A stretch of DNA of 64,000 nt, taken from the NCBI RefSeq assembly GCF_000142905.1, contig NW_013657609.1:65305-129304 (forward strand), in the 5' to 3' direction. Positions 1 to 12,200 of the stretch are shown here, one piece after another. Numbering within the stretch: position 1 is the first letter of the stretch; the number at the start of each line of letters is the position of its first letter. This DNA is from Thecamonas trahens ATCC 50062. Taxonomy: Eukaryota; Protista; Apusomonadida. The notes beneath the pieces are model-generated. The model ran no database searches and had not been told where the DNA came from. It was given only the letters and a program-made list of their open reading frames with translations. A program made the translations under genes and the position numbers.

Positions 1-43
1 TTCGAAGCCACATTCGGGCAGTTTCGAAGCCACATTCGGGCAG
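1..43. repeat. 22-bp direct repeat x2 (may continue left of window)
   Basis: ttcgaagccacattcgggcag occurs at 1 and 23. Confidence 0.85.
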
Positions 44-320
44 CATACCCACGATACCCTCCTTTGGCCGCCAGCAATGCGTCTCCTCCCCTCATCACAC
101 CCTGCAAACGGCACTGTGCGCGGAAAAACAGCCGAAAAAAGACGCCGCCGTCCGCAAGTCCCCCCAAAAAAGGTCGTGGTTTCGGCCAGAGACGCGTCAG
201 CAGCCATGACAGCCGCGACAGGGGCGAGGCGGAGGGGGGAGGGAGGGAGGGGGGGGGAGAGAGAGGGCGTGGGTGCCAGAGAGCAGGGGGCGGACACACA
301 CTTCTCTGTTCGACCACACC

Positions 321-1706
321 ATGCTCACTGCGGCACGAGCGGTGTGTGTGAGCATGCGGAGGGCTGTGGCGCCTCTTCTCCCTGCGGTGGTCCCCATGGC
401 CGTCCCGCTCCGCGGCCTGGTCACCACCCCTCCCGTCGCCGCCCGCAAGCGCAAGGCCGCCGGCCGCCCCGGATCGGTATGAGATGGGGGGAGGGGATGG
501 GGGGGGGAGGGGGGGAGGGGGCAGGGGAGGGAGGGGACTCACGGGGCGAGAGGATGATGATGGTGGCGGTGATGGTGCGGCTGGTGGTGGCGGTGATGGT
601 GCGGCTGGTGGTGGCGGTGATGGTGCGGCTGGTGGTGGCGGTGATGGCGGTAATAGCTGGAAGAAGCCATCAAGATGGTTGAGCTGTCGTGCGGAAAGGG
701 CTCGCTGACCAAACTTGGCGCGGCGGCGGCTGAGACGGCGCCGATCGACGTCATCCCGACCGGCTCGCTGACGCTTGATGCAGCGCTGGGCGTCGGCGGT
801 CTGCCGCGTGGCCGAGTTGTGGAGATCTACGGGCCGGAGAGTTCAGGTAAGACGACACTGGCACTGTCTGTGGTGGCCGAGGCGCAGAAGATGGGCGGGA
901 CTTGCACGTTTGTGGACGCGGAGCACGCGCTCGACGTGGCGTACGCCAGCGCGCTGGGCGTCGATACTGCCGAGCTGTACGTCTCACAGCCCGACTCGGG
1001 CGAGCAGGCGTTGGAGATTGTGGATACGCTGGCCAAGTCGGGCGCTATGGACGTTATTGTCGTCGACTCGGTCGCTGCCCTTGTCCCGCGAGCCGAGCTC
1101 GAGGGCGAAATGGGCGACGCGCACGTCGGCCTGCAAGCCCGGCTCATGTCGCAGGCGCTGCGCAAGCTGACCGCAACTCTGGCCAACTCGTCGACGCTGC
1201 TGATCTTCATCAACCAGCTGCGGATGAAGATTGGCGTTCTTTTTGGCTCGCCCGAGGTCACCGCCGGCGGCGTCGGCCTCAAGTTCTACGCCAGTGTCCG
1301 GCTCGACATCCGCCGGACCGGCTCCATCAAGGTCGGCAACGACCTTGTCGGCAACACCACCCGGGTCAAGGTTGTCAAGAACAAAGTCGCTCCGCCGTTC
1401 AAGGAGGCCCACTTTGACATCGAGTTTGGGCGTGGCATTGGCCGTGTCGGCGAAATCATCGACCTCTCGGTCAACCACGGCCTCGTCGAGCGCGCCGGCG
1501 CCTGGTACACCTACCCGCGGCCAGGCGATGACGAACCGGTCCGTCTCGGCCAAGGCCGTGAAAACGTCAAGGCCTACCTCGAGGATCACCCCGAGCTTGT
1601 CGATGAGCTCCACACTGCGCTCCGCGCTGTCATGATCCACCCGGCCGCCGCGCCTACCCCCGCCACCGACACGCCGACCGCCGTCGGCAGCGAAGCAGAC
1701 GCCTAA
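321..1706 (+). CDS. recA: Bacterial-type RecA recombinase with predicted mitochondrial presequence; exons 321-476 and 657-1706
   Basis: Walker [53 protein letters not shown]. Exon 1 is Arg/Ala-rich with no acidic residues ([20 protein letters not shown]...). Donor GTATGA at 477, TAG acceptor at 656, phase 0. Confidence 0.95.
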
Positions 1707-1896
1707 ACCGATACCTATGTATCCATGCTACCCAAGCTAGAGCCACCAGCACAACCCCCCCCCCATTGCTCGCCATCCTTGCAATCCGATAACCTTCTTC
1801 ATCCCCTCCCCTCCGCCCTGGGCAGCTCTGCCGGCTGCACGCTCTTATGAGCGGCCTTTTCTCGGCACACTTTTCTCACTCGCCAAACCGCAAGTC

Positions 1897-3582
1897 ATGC
1901 GCCCGACGACCGTCCTCACGGCGACACTCGCTGTTGCACTCCTTGCCACGGCTGCGTGGGGCGCCACCACCGCGCCTCCCCCGCAGACCAACCTCCGCCC
2001 CACCATTGGCATTCTCTCGCAGCCGACCTTTGGCACCCTCGCCAACTGGGGTACGTCAGCCACGCCTTCCCCTCCCCCCCCTTCCCCCCTCCCCCCCCCT
2101 CCCCCCCCCCCTTTCGCCGCTTGTGACACTCCTGTGCTGATCGTGATCACAGCGAGTGATCACCATTGTGATCATCATCATGGTGATGGCCGTTGTGGTC
2201 AGGCACGCCACGGCCCACCCACAGGGCATGACATGGTGATGTCTGTGATGGTGATGTGTGTGATGGTGATGGCCATCGTATGTGTGGTGATGGTCTCGCC
2301 CATGGTGATGGCCATCGTATGTGTGGTGATAGCCATGCCCATGGTGATGGCCATCGTATGTGTGGTGATGGTCTCGCCCATGGTGATGGCCATCGTATGT
2401 GTGGTGTTGCAAATCAATATTGATAGTCATCATCATGGTGATGGCCGTTGTGGTCAGGCACGCCACGGCCCACCCACAGGGCATGACATGGTGATGTCTG
2501 TGATGGTGATGTGTGTGATGGTGATGGCCATCGTATGTGTGGTGATGGTCTCGCCCATGGTGATGGCCATCGTATGTGTGGTGATAGCCATGCCCATGGT
2601 GATGGCCATCGTATGTGTGGTGATGGTCTCGCCCATGGTGATGGCCATCGTATGTGTGGTGATGGTCACGCCCATGGTGATGGCCATCGTATGTGTGGTG
2701 ATAGCCATGCGCATCATATGATGACGTCCACACTCATCCCCTCCCTCCCTCCCCCCCTTCCACCCACCCACAGGCAAGCAGTACATCGCAGCATCGTACA
2801 TCAAGTACGTGGAGGGCGCCGGAGCGCAGGCGGTGCCGATCCGGTACGACCTTCCCGCTGAGGAGATCACCGAGCTGTTCCGCTCGGTCAACGGCCTGCT
2901 CCTCCCCGGTGGCGGCGTTGAGCTCGGCGACAACAAGTACACCCAGACTCTGTTCCAGCTCCTCGACCTGGCGGTGGCGGCCAACAAGGCCGGCGACTTC
3001 TTCCCGGTCCACGGCACCTGCTTCGGCTTCCAGGAGATCGCCATGTACGTGGCCAACGACCTCAACCTGCTGATCAACACCGACTCGGAGAACCTGACCC
3101 TCCCGCTCGAGTTTACTCACGCTGCGGCGTCGTCGGCTATGTTCGGCGATGCGCCGGCGGAGATCATGGACATTCTCGCCAAGCAGCCGGTGACCATGAA
3201 CAACCACCACTATTCGCTCTCGCCGGCCGGCTTTGCTGCCTCGTCCAACCTCACAGCCTTCTTCAACGTCCTCTCCACCAACGTCGACCGCAACGGCATT
3301 GAGTTCATCTCCACCATGGAGGCCAAGGACATGCCCATCACCGCCACCCAGTGGCACCCGGAGAAGCCGCTCTACGAGTGGGACCCGGTCGAGGTCATCA
3401 ACCACTCGTCCGACGCGGTCAAGGCCATGCAGTTTACCGCGCAGGCCTTTGTCTCCAATTCGCGCTCCAACTCGCACACCTTTGCCTCGCAGACCGCCGA
3501 GAACAAGGCTCTCATCTATAACTTCAATCCGGTCTACACCGAGCAGGCTGTCAACTCGTTTGATCAGTGCTACTTTTGGTGA
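1897..3582 (+). CDS. GGH: Gamma-glutamyl hydrolase (peptidase C26) with signal peptide; exons 1897-2050 and 2774-3582
   Basis: RPTIGILSQP, YIAASYIKYVEGAGA, NGLLLPGGG, catalytic GTCFGFQ and QWHPEK. Donor GTACGT at 2051, CAG at 2773, phase 1 joins in frame. Confidence 0.93.
2165..2720. repeat. Intronic compound minisatellite: 255-bp duplication built from 39-bp units
   Basis: Block at ~2172 recurs at ~2427; unit atggtgatggccatcgtatgtgtggtgatggtctcgccc. Confidence 0.9.
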
Positions 3583-3632
3583 GCGCACTGCCGCTGACCT
3601 TGCGAAAAAGGGGGTAAACAAGCGTGCGTGTT

Positions 3633-5067
3633 TTACGACTGGTACAGTTCGGCATCCTCGTCGTCGTCGGCGTCCTCGACCGCCCCGTCCTGCGGCGGCG
3701 CGTCGTCGTCGGCGTCATTGTCGGCGTTGGGCGCGGCTTCGGCGTCCGCGTCAGCCGCCGGCGCCTCGGCCGGCTGCATCTCCATCAGCGACGCCTGGAT
3801 GGCGGCCTGAAGCTCGGCGTCCTCGCCCGAGCCAAAGTCGCCGGCGGCAAAGGGCGAGGCGGCAAAGGCGTCGGCGCCAGGGCCCGGCCCAGCGCCCGGC
3901 GCTGCACCGCCCGATGCACCCAGCGCCGACGAGAGCGCCGAGCGGAAGGCCGAGTCCATGTTGCCGCCGCCACCGCCACTGCCCGACGACGCAGTCCGGG
4001 TCGGCGGACGCGGCCCACCAGCACCACCGGCGCGCGCGGCCTGCGCCTCCATCATCAGCCGCTGCAGCTGGGCCCGCTGCGCCGGAGTGGCGGTGCCGGT
4101 GGCTGCGGCCGTGAGCAGCGAGCGGACCGAGTCCTCGTCCATGCCGCCGAGGCCGTCCGCGGCCGGGCCTGTGGCCGCCGATGGGTTGGCCAGCACCTCG
4201 TTGGCCCGCTTGAACAGGTCCTCGTCGTCTTCGGCCTTGGGCTCCTGCATCCAGAACAGCATTTTGCGGCCCGACGAGAAGCGGAGCAGGTACACCCGCC
4301 CCGTCGTGCACGCCTCGATCTTGGAGAACGACGCGTCGCCCGGGAAGATGATCAGATCGTCCACCGTCGTGTTCAGCTCACGGTTCGTCCAGCGCAGGTG
4401 CAGGATCGAGTCTTCGTCCATCACCAGCTCGACCTTGCCCTTGGCCGCCACGGGCGTCACCACCCGTCCGTCGTACTCGCACTTGCCCGCGCGGAACGAC
4501 ACCAGCGCGCCATCCGACGCCTCTTGCTGCACCCACCCAGAGTTGGCCCAACAGTGTCGTCCCCAATGATATATGACCATCCCCGCCATTGATCGTTCCC
4601 GGCATCGATCGTTACCGGCATTGATGGTCCCCGTCCCGTCATCAACCATTGTCCCAACCATCATGTCGTGCCATTGTTCGTTCCATCGTTCGTTAATCGT
4701 TGCCACCGATTCCCTTCCATTCCATGCGCCTTGCTCTCCCCACCCCCCCCACCCCCAGCCATTCCCGCCCACGCCCATCCCCATCCCACCAAGGAACACA
4801 CCAGCCATCCCCCTTCCCCATCCCCCCTCCCGTCCCCTTTCCCCCTCTCTCCCCCTCCCCTCCCCCCCCCCTACACAGGTCGCACAGGTCGCACAGGTCG
4901 CACAGGTCGCACAGGTCGCACAGGTCGCACAGGTCGCACACCCGCCCACCCGCCCACCCGCCCACCCACCCAGCCACCCAGCCACCCACCCTGCCACCCA
5001 CCCCGGCTCATATACATACCTCAGTCCTCCGTGCAGCACCCGCTTCAAACAGATTCACAGCAGACAT
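3633..5067 (-). CDS. ADRM1: Proteasomal ubiquitin receptor Rpn13/ADRM1; exons 5067-5020 and 4526-3633
   Basis: Pru domain LVSFRAGK...DDLIIFPGDASF..IEACTTGRVYLLRF..GRKMLFWMQEP. Exon 1 MSAVNLFEAGAARRTE ends at a GTATGT donor; CAG acceptor in frame. Confidence 0.9.
4874..4940. repeat. 9-bp tandem repeat x7 (intronic)
   Basis: (acaggtcgc)n. Confidence 0.9.
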
Positions 5068-5249
5068 ATGGTGGATATGTATGGATATGTGTGTGTGTGT
5101 GAGGTTGGGGGGGGGGGGAGTGCAGTGTGGTGGTGGTGGTGGTTGTGGGGTTGTGGTGGGGGGTGGGGGGGGGTGGGGTTGTGGTTGTGGTGCGTGTCTG
5201 TGTTGCCATCCGTTGGCAGCAAGGGGGGGGATGGGGGGGATGGTGGTGA

Positions 5250-5432
5250 CCATCACAATGACCATGATAACGATCATGACCACCATGATGACCATCATAA
5301 CAATCATGATCACCATGATGACCATCATAACAATCATGATCACCATGATGACCATCATAACAATCATGATCACCATGATGACCATCATAACAATGATGAC
5401 CACCATGATGACCATGATAACAATCATGACCA
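5250..5432. repeat. 30-bp minisatellite x~5 (intergenic)
   Basis: caccatgatgaccatcataacaatcatgat at 5281, 5311, 5341, with variants at 5371 and 5401. Confidence 0.9.
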
Positions 5433-5588
5433 CCGTAGCGACCATCACATTGCCATTCATGATGACAGTCATGGTCGCATCCGTCGTGGCCATCACACAG
5501 TAGTAGTGGCTCTCTCTCTCTCTCTCTAATCCATCACCTCCGCCGATCGCTGTGTTCAATACCATCCGCCGATCGCTGAAGCGTGCGA

Positions 5589-6155
5589 CTACGCCGCGTT
5601 CGCTCGCCGATGCTCCTTGATGGCGGTGCACAACCAGCTGAAGCCGTCGTCGATGCCCTCGCCGCGCGTCGCCACGCACGGCTGGATGTAGTTGTCATTC
5701 TTCACCTCGCCAAGCCCCAGATCGGCAGACAACGCCGACGCAGTCTTGGCCGCAGGCAGATCCTGTTTGTTGGCGAGGATAAGGACCGGGACGTGCGCCA
5801 GCTCTGGCTCGCCCAGCATCGATTCGAGCTCCTTGCGCGCCATCGCCATCCTGCTCTCATCGGCAGAGTCCACCACAAACACCAGCGCGTCTGCGCCCTC
5901 GATGTACCGCTTCCAGAGCTTGCGGATCGTGTATTGCCCGCCCATGTCCCACAACTGGAGCGTGAGCCCGCTGATCTTGACGCTGTCCACCTGAAAGCCG
6001 ACCGTCGGAATCGACGGCATCACCTCGCCTGACTTGAGCCACTGGTACAGTGTCGTCTTGCCTGCCCCGTCGAGCCCGATCATCACAATCCGCGCCTCTG
6101 TCCCGGCAAACATCTCGTACACTGCCTTGAACGTCTTCGAAATAGCCAATCCCAT
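5589..6155 (-). CDS. ADP-ribosylation factor family small GTPase (divergent Arf/Arl)
   Basis: MG myristoylation start, GLDGAGKTT, IPTVGF, WDMGGQ, LANKQDL, CVATRGEG. Confidence 0.93.
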   Translation of the reverse strand: MGLAISKTFKAVYEMFAGTEARIVMIGLDGAGKTTLYQWLKSGEVMPSIPTVGFQVDSVKISGLTLQLWDMGGQYTIRKLWKRYIEGADALVFVVDSADESRMAMARKELESMLGEPELAHVPVLILANKQDLPAAKTASALSADLGLGEVKNDNYIQPCVATRGEGIDDGFSWLCTAIKEHRRANAA

Positions 6156-6359
6156 GTCTTGCTCAAACGGCTCGCCTCTGATCGCTATTGCCGCTTGCCC
6201 ATCCGCCCCGCCTCCTCACCGCATTCCGTTTGGTTTTGTCGCCGCTGCCTTTAATTTTTCAGCCACCACGTCGACACCCTCGCCTGCCGTCCCATGGAAG
6301 TAATGAAGCTGACCATGGAAGCCGGCATCTCATCGGTGATCAGTTTTTGACTTGCATAT

Positions 6360-8421
6360 TCAAAACCCGCCAGGTGCATAGTTGTCGGCGCCATCGTCAT
6401 GGCCATCGCCACCACCATTGCCCTGGCCTTGCTGGTGGAGCATAAACTGCTCGGCGAGGGCAGCGGCCATGGCCTCGGCATCGGCAGCCTCGCCGCCGGC
6501 AGCTCCGGCACCGCCACCTTGAACAGCCTGCCACGGCATGAGCGAGCGGAGAAAGGCGAGCGCGGCGTTGCCATCCGTCAGATCCGGGTTGATGCCCACC
6601 TCGGAGGCTGCCGCCTCATCGACCTCGCCGGCCGGTGGGAACGGGTTGTACGCGCGGACGCCGGCTGCGAGCAGCTCGCGCGGGAGCATCCCAAGCACGT
6701 TGTCGTAGCCCGAGAGGGCCACATGCCGGCAAATCGACCGCGGCGGGCTGCCGACAAACGCAGCCTCCAGCGCCTCGGTGTTGGGCGCCGGCCCCTGCGC
6801 CCACTCGCTCACCACCCGCGCCAGCCAGCCCGTCACCGCAGGATCCGCCCACAACGACGACGCCCGCTCCACGTACAGCGTCTCCAGCATCAGCAGCGAC
6901 GGCGCTGCAGGCCGCCCCGCAAAGCCCGGGTACGGATCGTAGCTCGCGCCCACTTTTCGCCCAGCACCACCGCCATGTGCGGAAACTTGTTGAGCGCAGC
7001 GAGCAGGGCCGCATCGGCGTCGGCCATGCTCGTGCTCGACGTGCCCGCCCCACCGCTCCCGGCTCCGCTGGCGAGCAGGAACCGCGCCAGCGCCAGCGAA
7101 ACGCCCAGTTCGGCAGGTCCGCCAGGTTCTTCGCCTCCAGCGCAGCCTCGAGCGCAATAAACTGGTCGTACGAGCGCGACCGCAGCGCGTAGTAGTCGAG
7201 CATGAGCAAGACCGCGAGCGGGTCGTGCTCGAGATCGAGCTTCAGCAGCAGCTTGCACACCTCAAACGCCGTGCCTTGGCAGCCCTTGCGCGAGAGGTTG
7301 TCGATGTGCTTGAAGAGGACAAGAAACAGCCCGCGGTTGCTCCGCTCTGCGTACCGGATCCGCACGCTCTCCGAGGTCACGTCAAACGACGCTGGCCACG
7401 CAGCCTCCAGCCCGTACAGCGCCTGCTCGATGAGCGATGTCGCCTCGGCCACCTGGCCCGAGTGGTTGAGAATGTCTGCAAGCTGCAGCAGCGTGTCCAC
7501 ATGCCATGGGTTTCGCTGCGCGAGGTGCACAATCGAGTTGGGGTCCATCGACGCCGCAGCCTGGTAAAAGTGCGCCTGCGCAAGCTCGTACGCTGGCGAT
7601 GCCACGTATCCGTACTCGTCGAGCCCGTCTGCAAGCCGCATGTACTCGAGCGCGAGGCCCGAGTCGAGCTCGACCGGCCAGTCCTCGTCGAGGCCGACAA
7701 ACAGCGACTTCTTCGCCCGTCGCTGCCGCCGCCCGCCGCGCCCGCGCCCGCCGCGACGCCGCCCGAACCGCGCCGCCTCGGCAGCCTTGTTTTCCCGCCG
7801 CGTCTTGGCCGCCGCCTTGATGGCCTCAGCGCCAAAGATCCGCCTCAGCTCGCCGTCCACGTTCAGCCGCCCTCCATTCACCGCCACCGCCGCCCGATAC
7901 GCAGCCTCTTCCGGCGCAACCTCTGCCTGCGCCTGCCGAGCCCGCTGCACATCACCATACACATCGCCATGCTTCTTGGCCACCTCGGCCAGCGCCTCAT
8001 CCACCGCAGCCACACCACCCGCAGGCCCCACACGTTTCCTCTCCGCCTGCATCGCACTCTTGGTCCGCTTGCTGCTCTTGCCGCCCTTGCCCTTGCCCTT
8101 GCCCTTGCCCCTGGTCCTGCCCTTGCCCCTGTCCGTGCTCTTGCCCTTGCCGTCCGACCAGCTCCCATCCGACGCGATGTCATCGCTCTCTGCCCCGTCA
8201 CCATGACCATGACCAAGACCATGACCATGACCATGATCAACATCGCCATGACCATCACCATCGCCATCGCCAGAAAGTGACAGAGTCGTCGATGACCACG
8301 AGTCGGACCATGACCAATGCGCAGGAGGCTCACCCGAAGGCACCTCGCGGACCGAGTCCAACAGCTCCTTGTAGTACAGCGACTCATGCTCGGCACGCTC
8401 CAGCGTATGCGTAGACAACAT
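6360..8421 (-). CDS. TCF25: TCF25/Rqc1 ribosome quality control subunit; two apparent frameshifts (~7099, ~6955); 5' end uncertain
   Basis: NPWHVDTLLQL, LIEQALY, NRGLFLVLFKHI..L.RKGC..TAFEVCKLLLKLD...DPLAVLLMLDYYALRS, LPNWAF|SLALA, LYVERASSLW, spread over three frames. Confidence 0.85.
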
Positions 8422-9274
8422 GCTCCTCCACACGACCTGCTCCCTCTCTTTCTCTCGTCTCTCTCTGCCCTCGACACAGCAGAGTGTGGTGTGCCGTCGC
8501 CTCTCTCTCTCTCTCTCCGTCTCGCCGTCTCTCTCTCTCTCTCGCTCATCTTCCTCGTCGCTCTCTCCTTGCTCTCCGCTCGTCGGATCATTGCGCCGAT
8601 GCCTTTCGAAGCGAGTCGCCGTAGTCCCGGTGGTGCGGAGGTGATGGTGGGGGGTTTTCAATTTTTTATTGCCTGCCCCGCTCCATCATCTTCCTCCTCC
8701 CTCTCTCCCTCCTCCCATTCCCCCCTCCCTCTCTCCCTCCTCCCATTCCCCCCTCCCTCTCCCCTCCCCCCCCTCTCCCCCTCTTTTTCCTTCTTGTTTC
8801 AACGCCATTTCTCAGCTCGTACGGTTCGGTAGAGCGGTTGCCGCAACGAAATATTTCAAATTTTGCATTCCCGCTGCCTGTCACTGACTCCTTCTTCATC
8901 GTGTGCCACTCTGCAGTTCCAAGGACTCAACCATGTCCTACCAACATGATTTCTACTGCTCAGTGCCTGTACTACTTCCTTCCATTGTGCTCTTCCTCGA
9001 GACCACCACAGCTTGAGTGCCATCTGCGCAGCGGTGACTACTTGTCACTCGCCATCCACCGAGAAAAATTATCGCCTTGCGCCGCTGTCGGTAAACGCAC
9101 CCATTTCGCCGCACGCCTTTCCTTGCAGCACGGCCTGCCTGGCACGCACACGGTTCGGCGCCTTCCCCACTCGTCGCAAGCACGTCAAAAGCGTCGACTA
9201 AAGCACCACAAGCGTCACGTAGCAATTGCGCCTACCTGGTCAGCCACTTTGCTCCACGCTCAGAGCCGCCCTTC

Positions 9275-12200
9275 ATGCACCCTGTGGCGGACTCTGTGGC
9301 GAGGCGGACAGCAGTTGCTGCTGCCGTGCTCGCCCTCCTCTCAGCTTTTTCTCACGCTCGCTGCAACGTCGACTATCGGCTGCCAAACGCTGTCACCTTG
9401 TCCTCCACCTCACAGCCGTACGGAACGGCTGCAGCTGTCTTTGATGCGAGCAATGCATACCTGGATGTGGCCTTTGGTGACTTTTCACCAACGGCATCTA
9501 CGTGGTGACGAGGACGGCGAGCGGAGGTTGGAACAGTCCTGTGCTTATCGATGACTCGTTTGCCACACCGCGGCGTTTGGCGGCCGGGGATGTCGATGGT
9601 GATGGCTCGCCTGATCTCGTGGTTCCCTTCCGTGACAGCAACACCCTTGTCCTCTACAGGAACATCGGCAACGATGCCACCTTTCCCTCCTTTGGTCCGC
9701 TCGAGGGTGTGTTCTTTGGCGATGGCGCCGAGCCGTACTCGGTGGCCATCGGTGACATCAACGGCGACTCGTTCGTTGACGTCGTCTACACGCTGGAGCG
9801 CTTTAATCTTGTCGGCGCTTTCATGGGCACAGGCCTGGGCTCGTTGGCTTCGGTCCCAGTCAACCTCACCGACGACCTTGTTTTCCGCCCGCTTCAGGCT
9901 GTCGACATTGTCATTGCCGACATGGACCTCGATGGTGTCAACGATGTGCTCTACTCTGAGGGCTTCTCCGACCGCATCGTCGTCATTGCCGGCCGGGCAG
10001 ACCTCGCCACCAACCTTCCCACCGCAGCGGCGGTTGTCGACGACTCGGCCGACACCCCGTTCTCGCTCGCGGTCGGTGACGTCGACAAGAACGGCCTGCT
10101 CGACGTAGTCAGTACCCTCTTTGTCGACGACCGCGTCGCACTCTACTACAACCGCGGCATGCTCACCTTTTCACCGCGAGTCATCATCGCCTCCGAGATT
10201 GACGCTCCGCTCAGCTCAGCGCTGGTAGACCTCAACGGTGACTCGTGGCTCGACGTCGTCTTTTCCGCCTCCAACTCGGATTTCGTCCGCTGGATCCCGG
10301 GCGACGGATCGGGAACATACACTGCCTCCCCGCAGCGGATCGATGACGCACTCGACGGTGCACGCGGCCTCATTGCCGAAGACTTTGACGGCGACGGCCG
10401 CATTGATGTCGTCGCCGCGGGCTTTTTTGACGGCAACCTCAAGCTGTACCATTTTAACGACTCGGCCTCGCCCTTCCCCGAAGGCCGGCGGTTGATCTCC
10501 AACACCGCCAATGGCGCCCGCGGCATCGACGCTGCAGACTTTAATGGTGATGGTTTTACCGACATCGTCTCAGCCTCGGCCTTTGACCACTCGATTACCG
10601 TCTACGTCGGCGACGGGTCGGGCTTTCACCTTGGCAACGACGTCGTTGTTACCTCGACCTTTTCCGGCTCCGAGTCGGCCGTTGCTGGCGACTACAACAA
10701 CGACGGCTGGGTCGACGTCGCCGGCTGTGCCGGTATCAGCGGGCTCGTTGCCTGGTGGCCCAACGTCGGCGCCGGTACGTGGGCCGCCACGCCTGTCTCG
10801 GTCGGCACCTGCGCCGGGGCCATGAAGATGACCGGCGGCGACTTTAACAACGACGGCTTGCCCGACCTGGTCGTTGGCTGCCCCGATGAGGCCTCGCCTT
10901 CGATCAAGGTCTTCCTCAACGTCAACAACGGCGCTAGCTGGACCGAAATCGTGGTATTTTCCGTCGCCTCGTCCATCGCCAACATGGACACCGCCGTCGG
11001 CGATGTCGACAACGACGGCTTTGTCGACGTGCTCTTTGTGGCCTCTTCGGTGAGGCTCGTCGGCTGGGCGCGTAACAACGGCGGGACCGGGTTCGACCCA
11101 CCGCTGGCCGTCGACGTCCTCAGCACCGGTTTTACCGTCTCTGCTACGCTGTGCGACGTCGACTCGGACGGAGACCTCGATGTCATCTCGAGCGTCTCCA
11201 ACGGCCCGAGCTCGGCCATCACTGTCTACCACCAGACAACCCCAGGCACGTTTGAGAGCGTGCCGACAGACCTCGGCGGCTCGTTCGACCTTCCGTACTC
11301 TGTGGCGTGCGCCGACGCGTCGGGCGACGGTCGGCCAGACATTGCTGTCGCCTCGTACTCGACCGACGAGATCTCGTGGTTCCGCAACCGTGGCGACGGC
11401 TCGTTCTTTGGACAGGACGTGCTGACGACGTTCAATGAGGGCGCGTACCGAGTCAAGATCATTGACGTCAACAACGACGGCTTCAACGATGTGCTCTGTG
11501 CCGGCAATGAGGACTCCACCATCGAGGCCTTTGTCCACCGCCCGGTGGTGACCGGCGAGGCCGTCCGCGCCTCGCTTCCGCAGCTCGCGCCGGGCGTCCC
11601 ATACTCGCTGCACCACGTCCACTACGCGCTCAACACGGCGTCGCGGTGCGTGGCGCAGCGGATCGAGCTCCCGGCGGATGTGACGGTAGGCCAGTGCTCG
11701 CCGACGAGCCACTACGTGGTGCCTGCCGACGTGGTGTGGACGGTGGCCGGCCCACCAGGCGCTGCGCCAGCCAGCCGGCCGCGACTCGATTGCGGTACCG
11801 CTGGCGGCGTGTTGTTTGAAGTCACGGCGAGTGGCTCTCTGACACTCGCAGATCTGACGCTCCGCGGAGCGAGCGTCGGCTCGGCGGCGTCGGCTGTGAC
11901 TGGGCTGCGGGTTGCCGGCTCGCGGGCGCGGCTCACGCTCGTCAACGCCACGGTCGAGGGCTTTTCGTCGGCGCAGGCGACCGAGCTGCAGTTTTTCTCG
12001 GGCCTTGGCGGCGCGGTGTCTGTGCTCGACGGCGGCACGCTGACGGCGAGGGCGACGACGTTCTCGGGCAACACGGCCAAGTCGCTCGGAGGCGCGGTGG
12101 CGCTCATCTCTGCGGGCGCTTCAGCGACTTTGACTGATGTGGTGCTGGAGAACAATGTGGCTTTGGCGACCGGTGGCGGCGCGGTGGCGGTCCTCGCTCC

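Noticed and set aside
2056-2733. His-rich 'metal-binding' ORFs (also 5250-5500, 17376-17650, 26750-27245)
   Set aside because: They are translations of intronic or intergenic minisatellites; flanking exons splice cleanly around them
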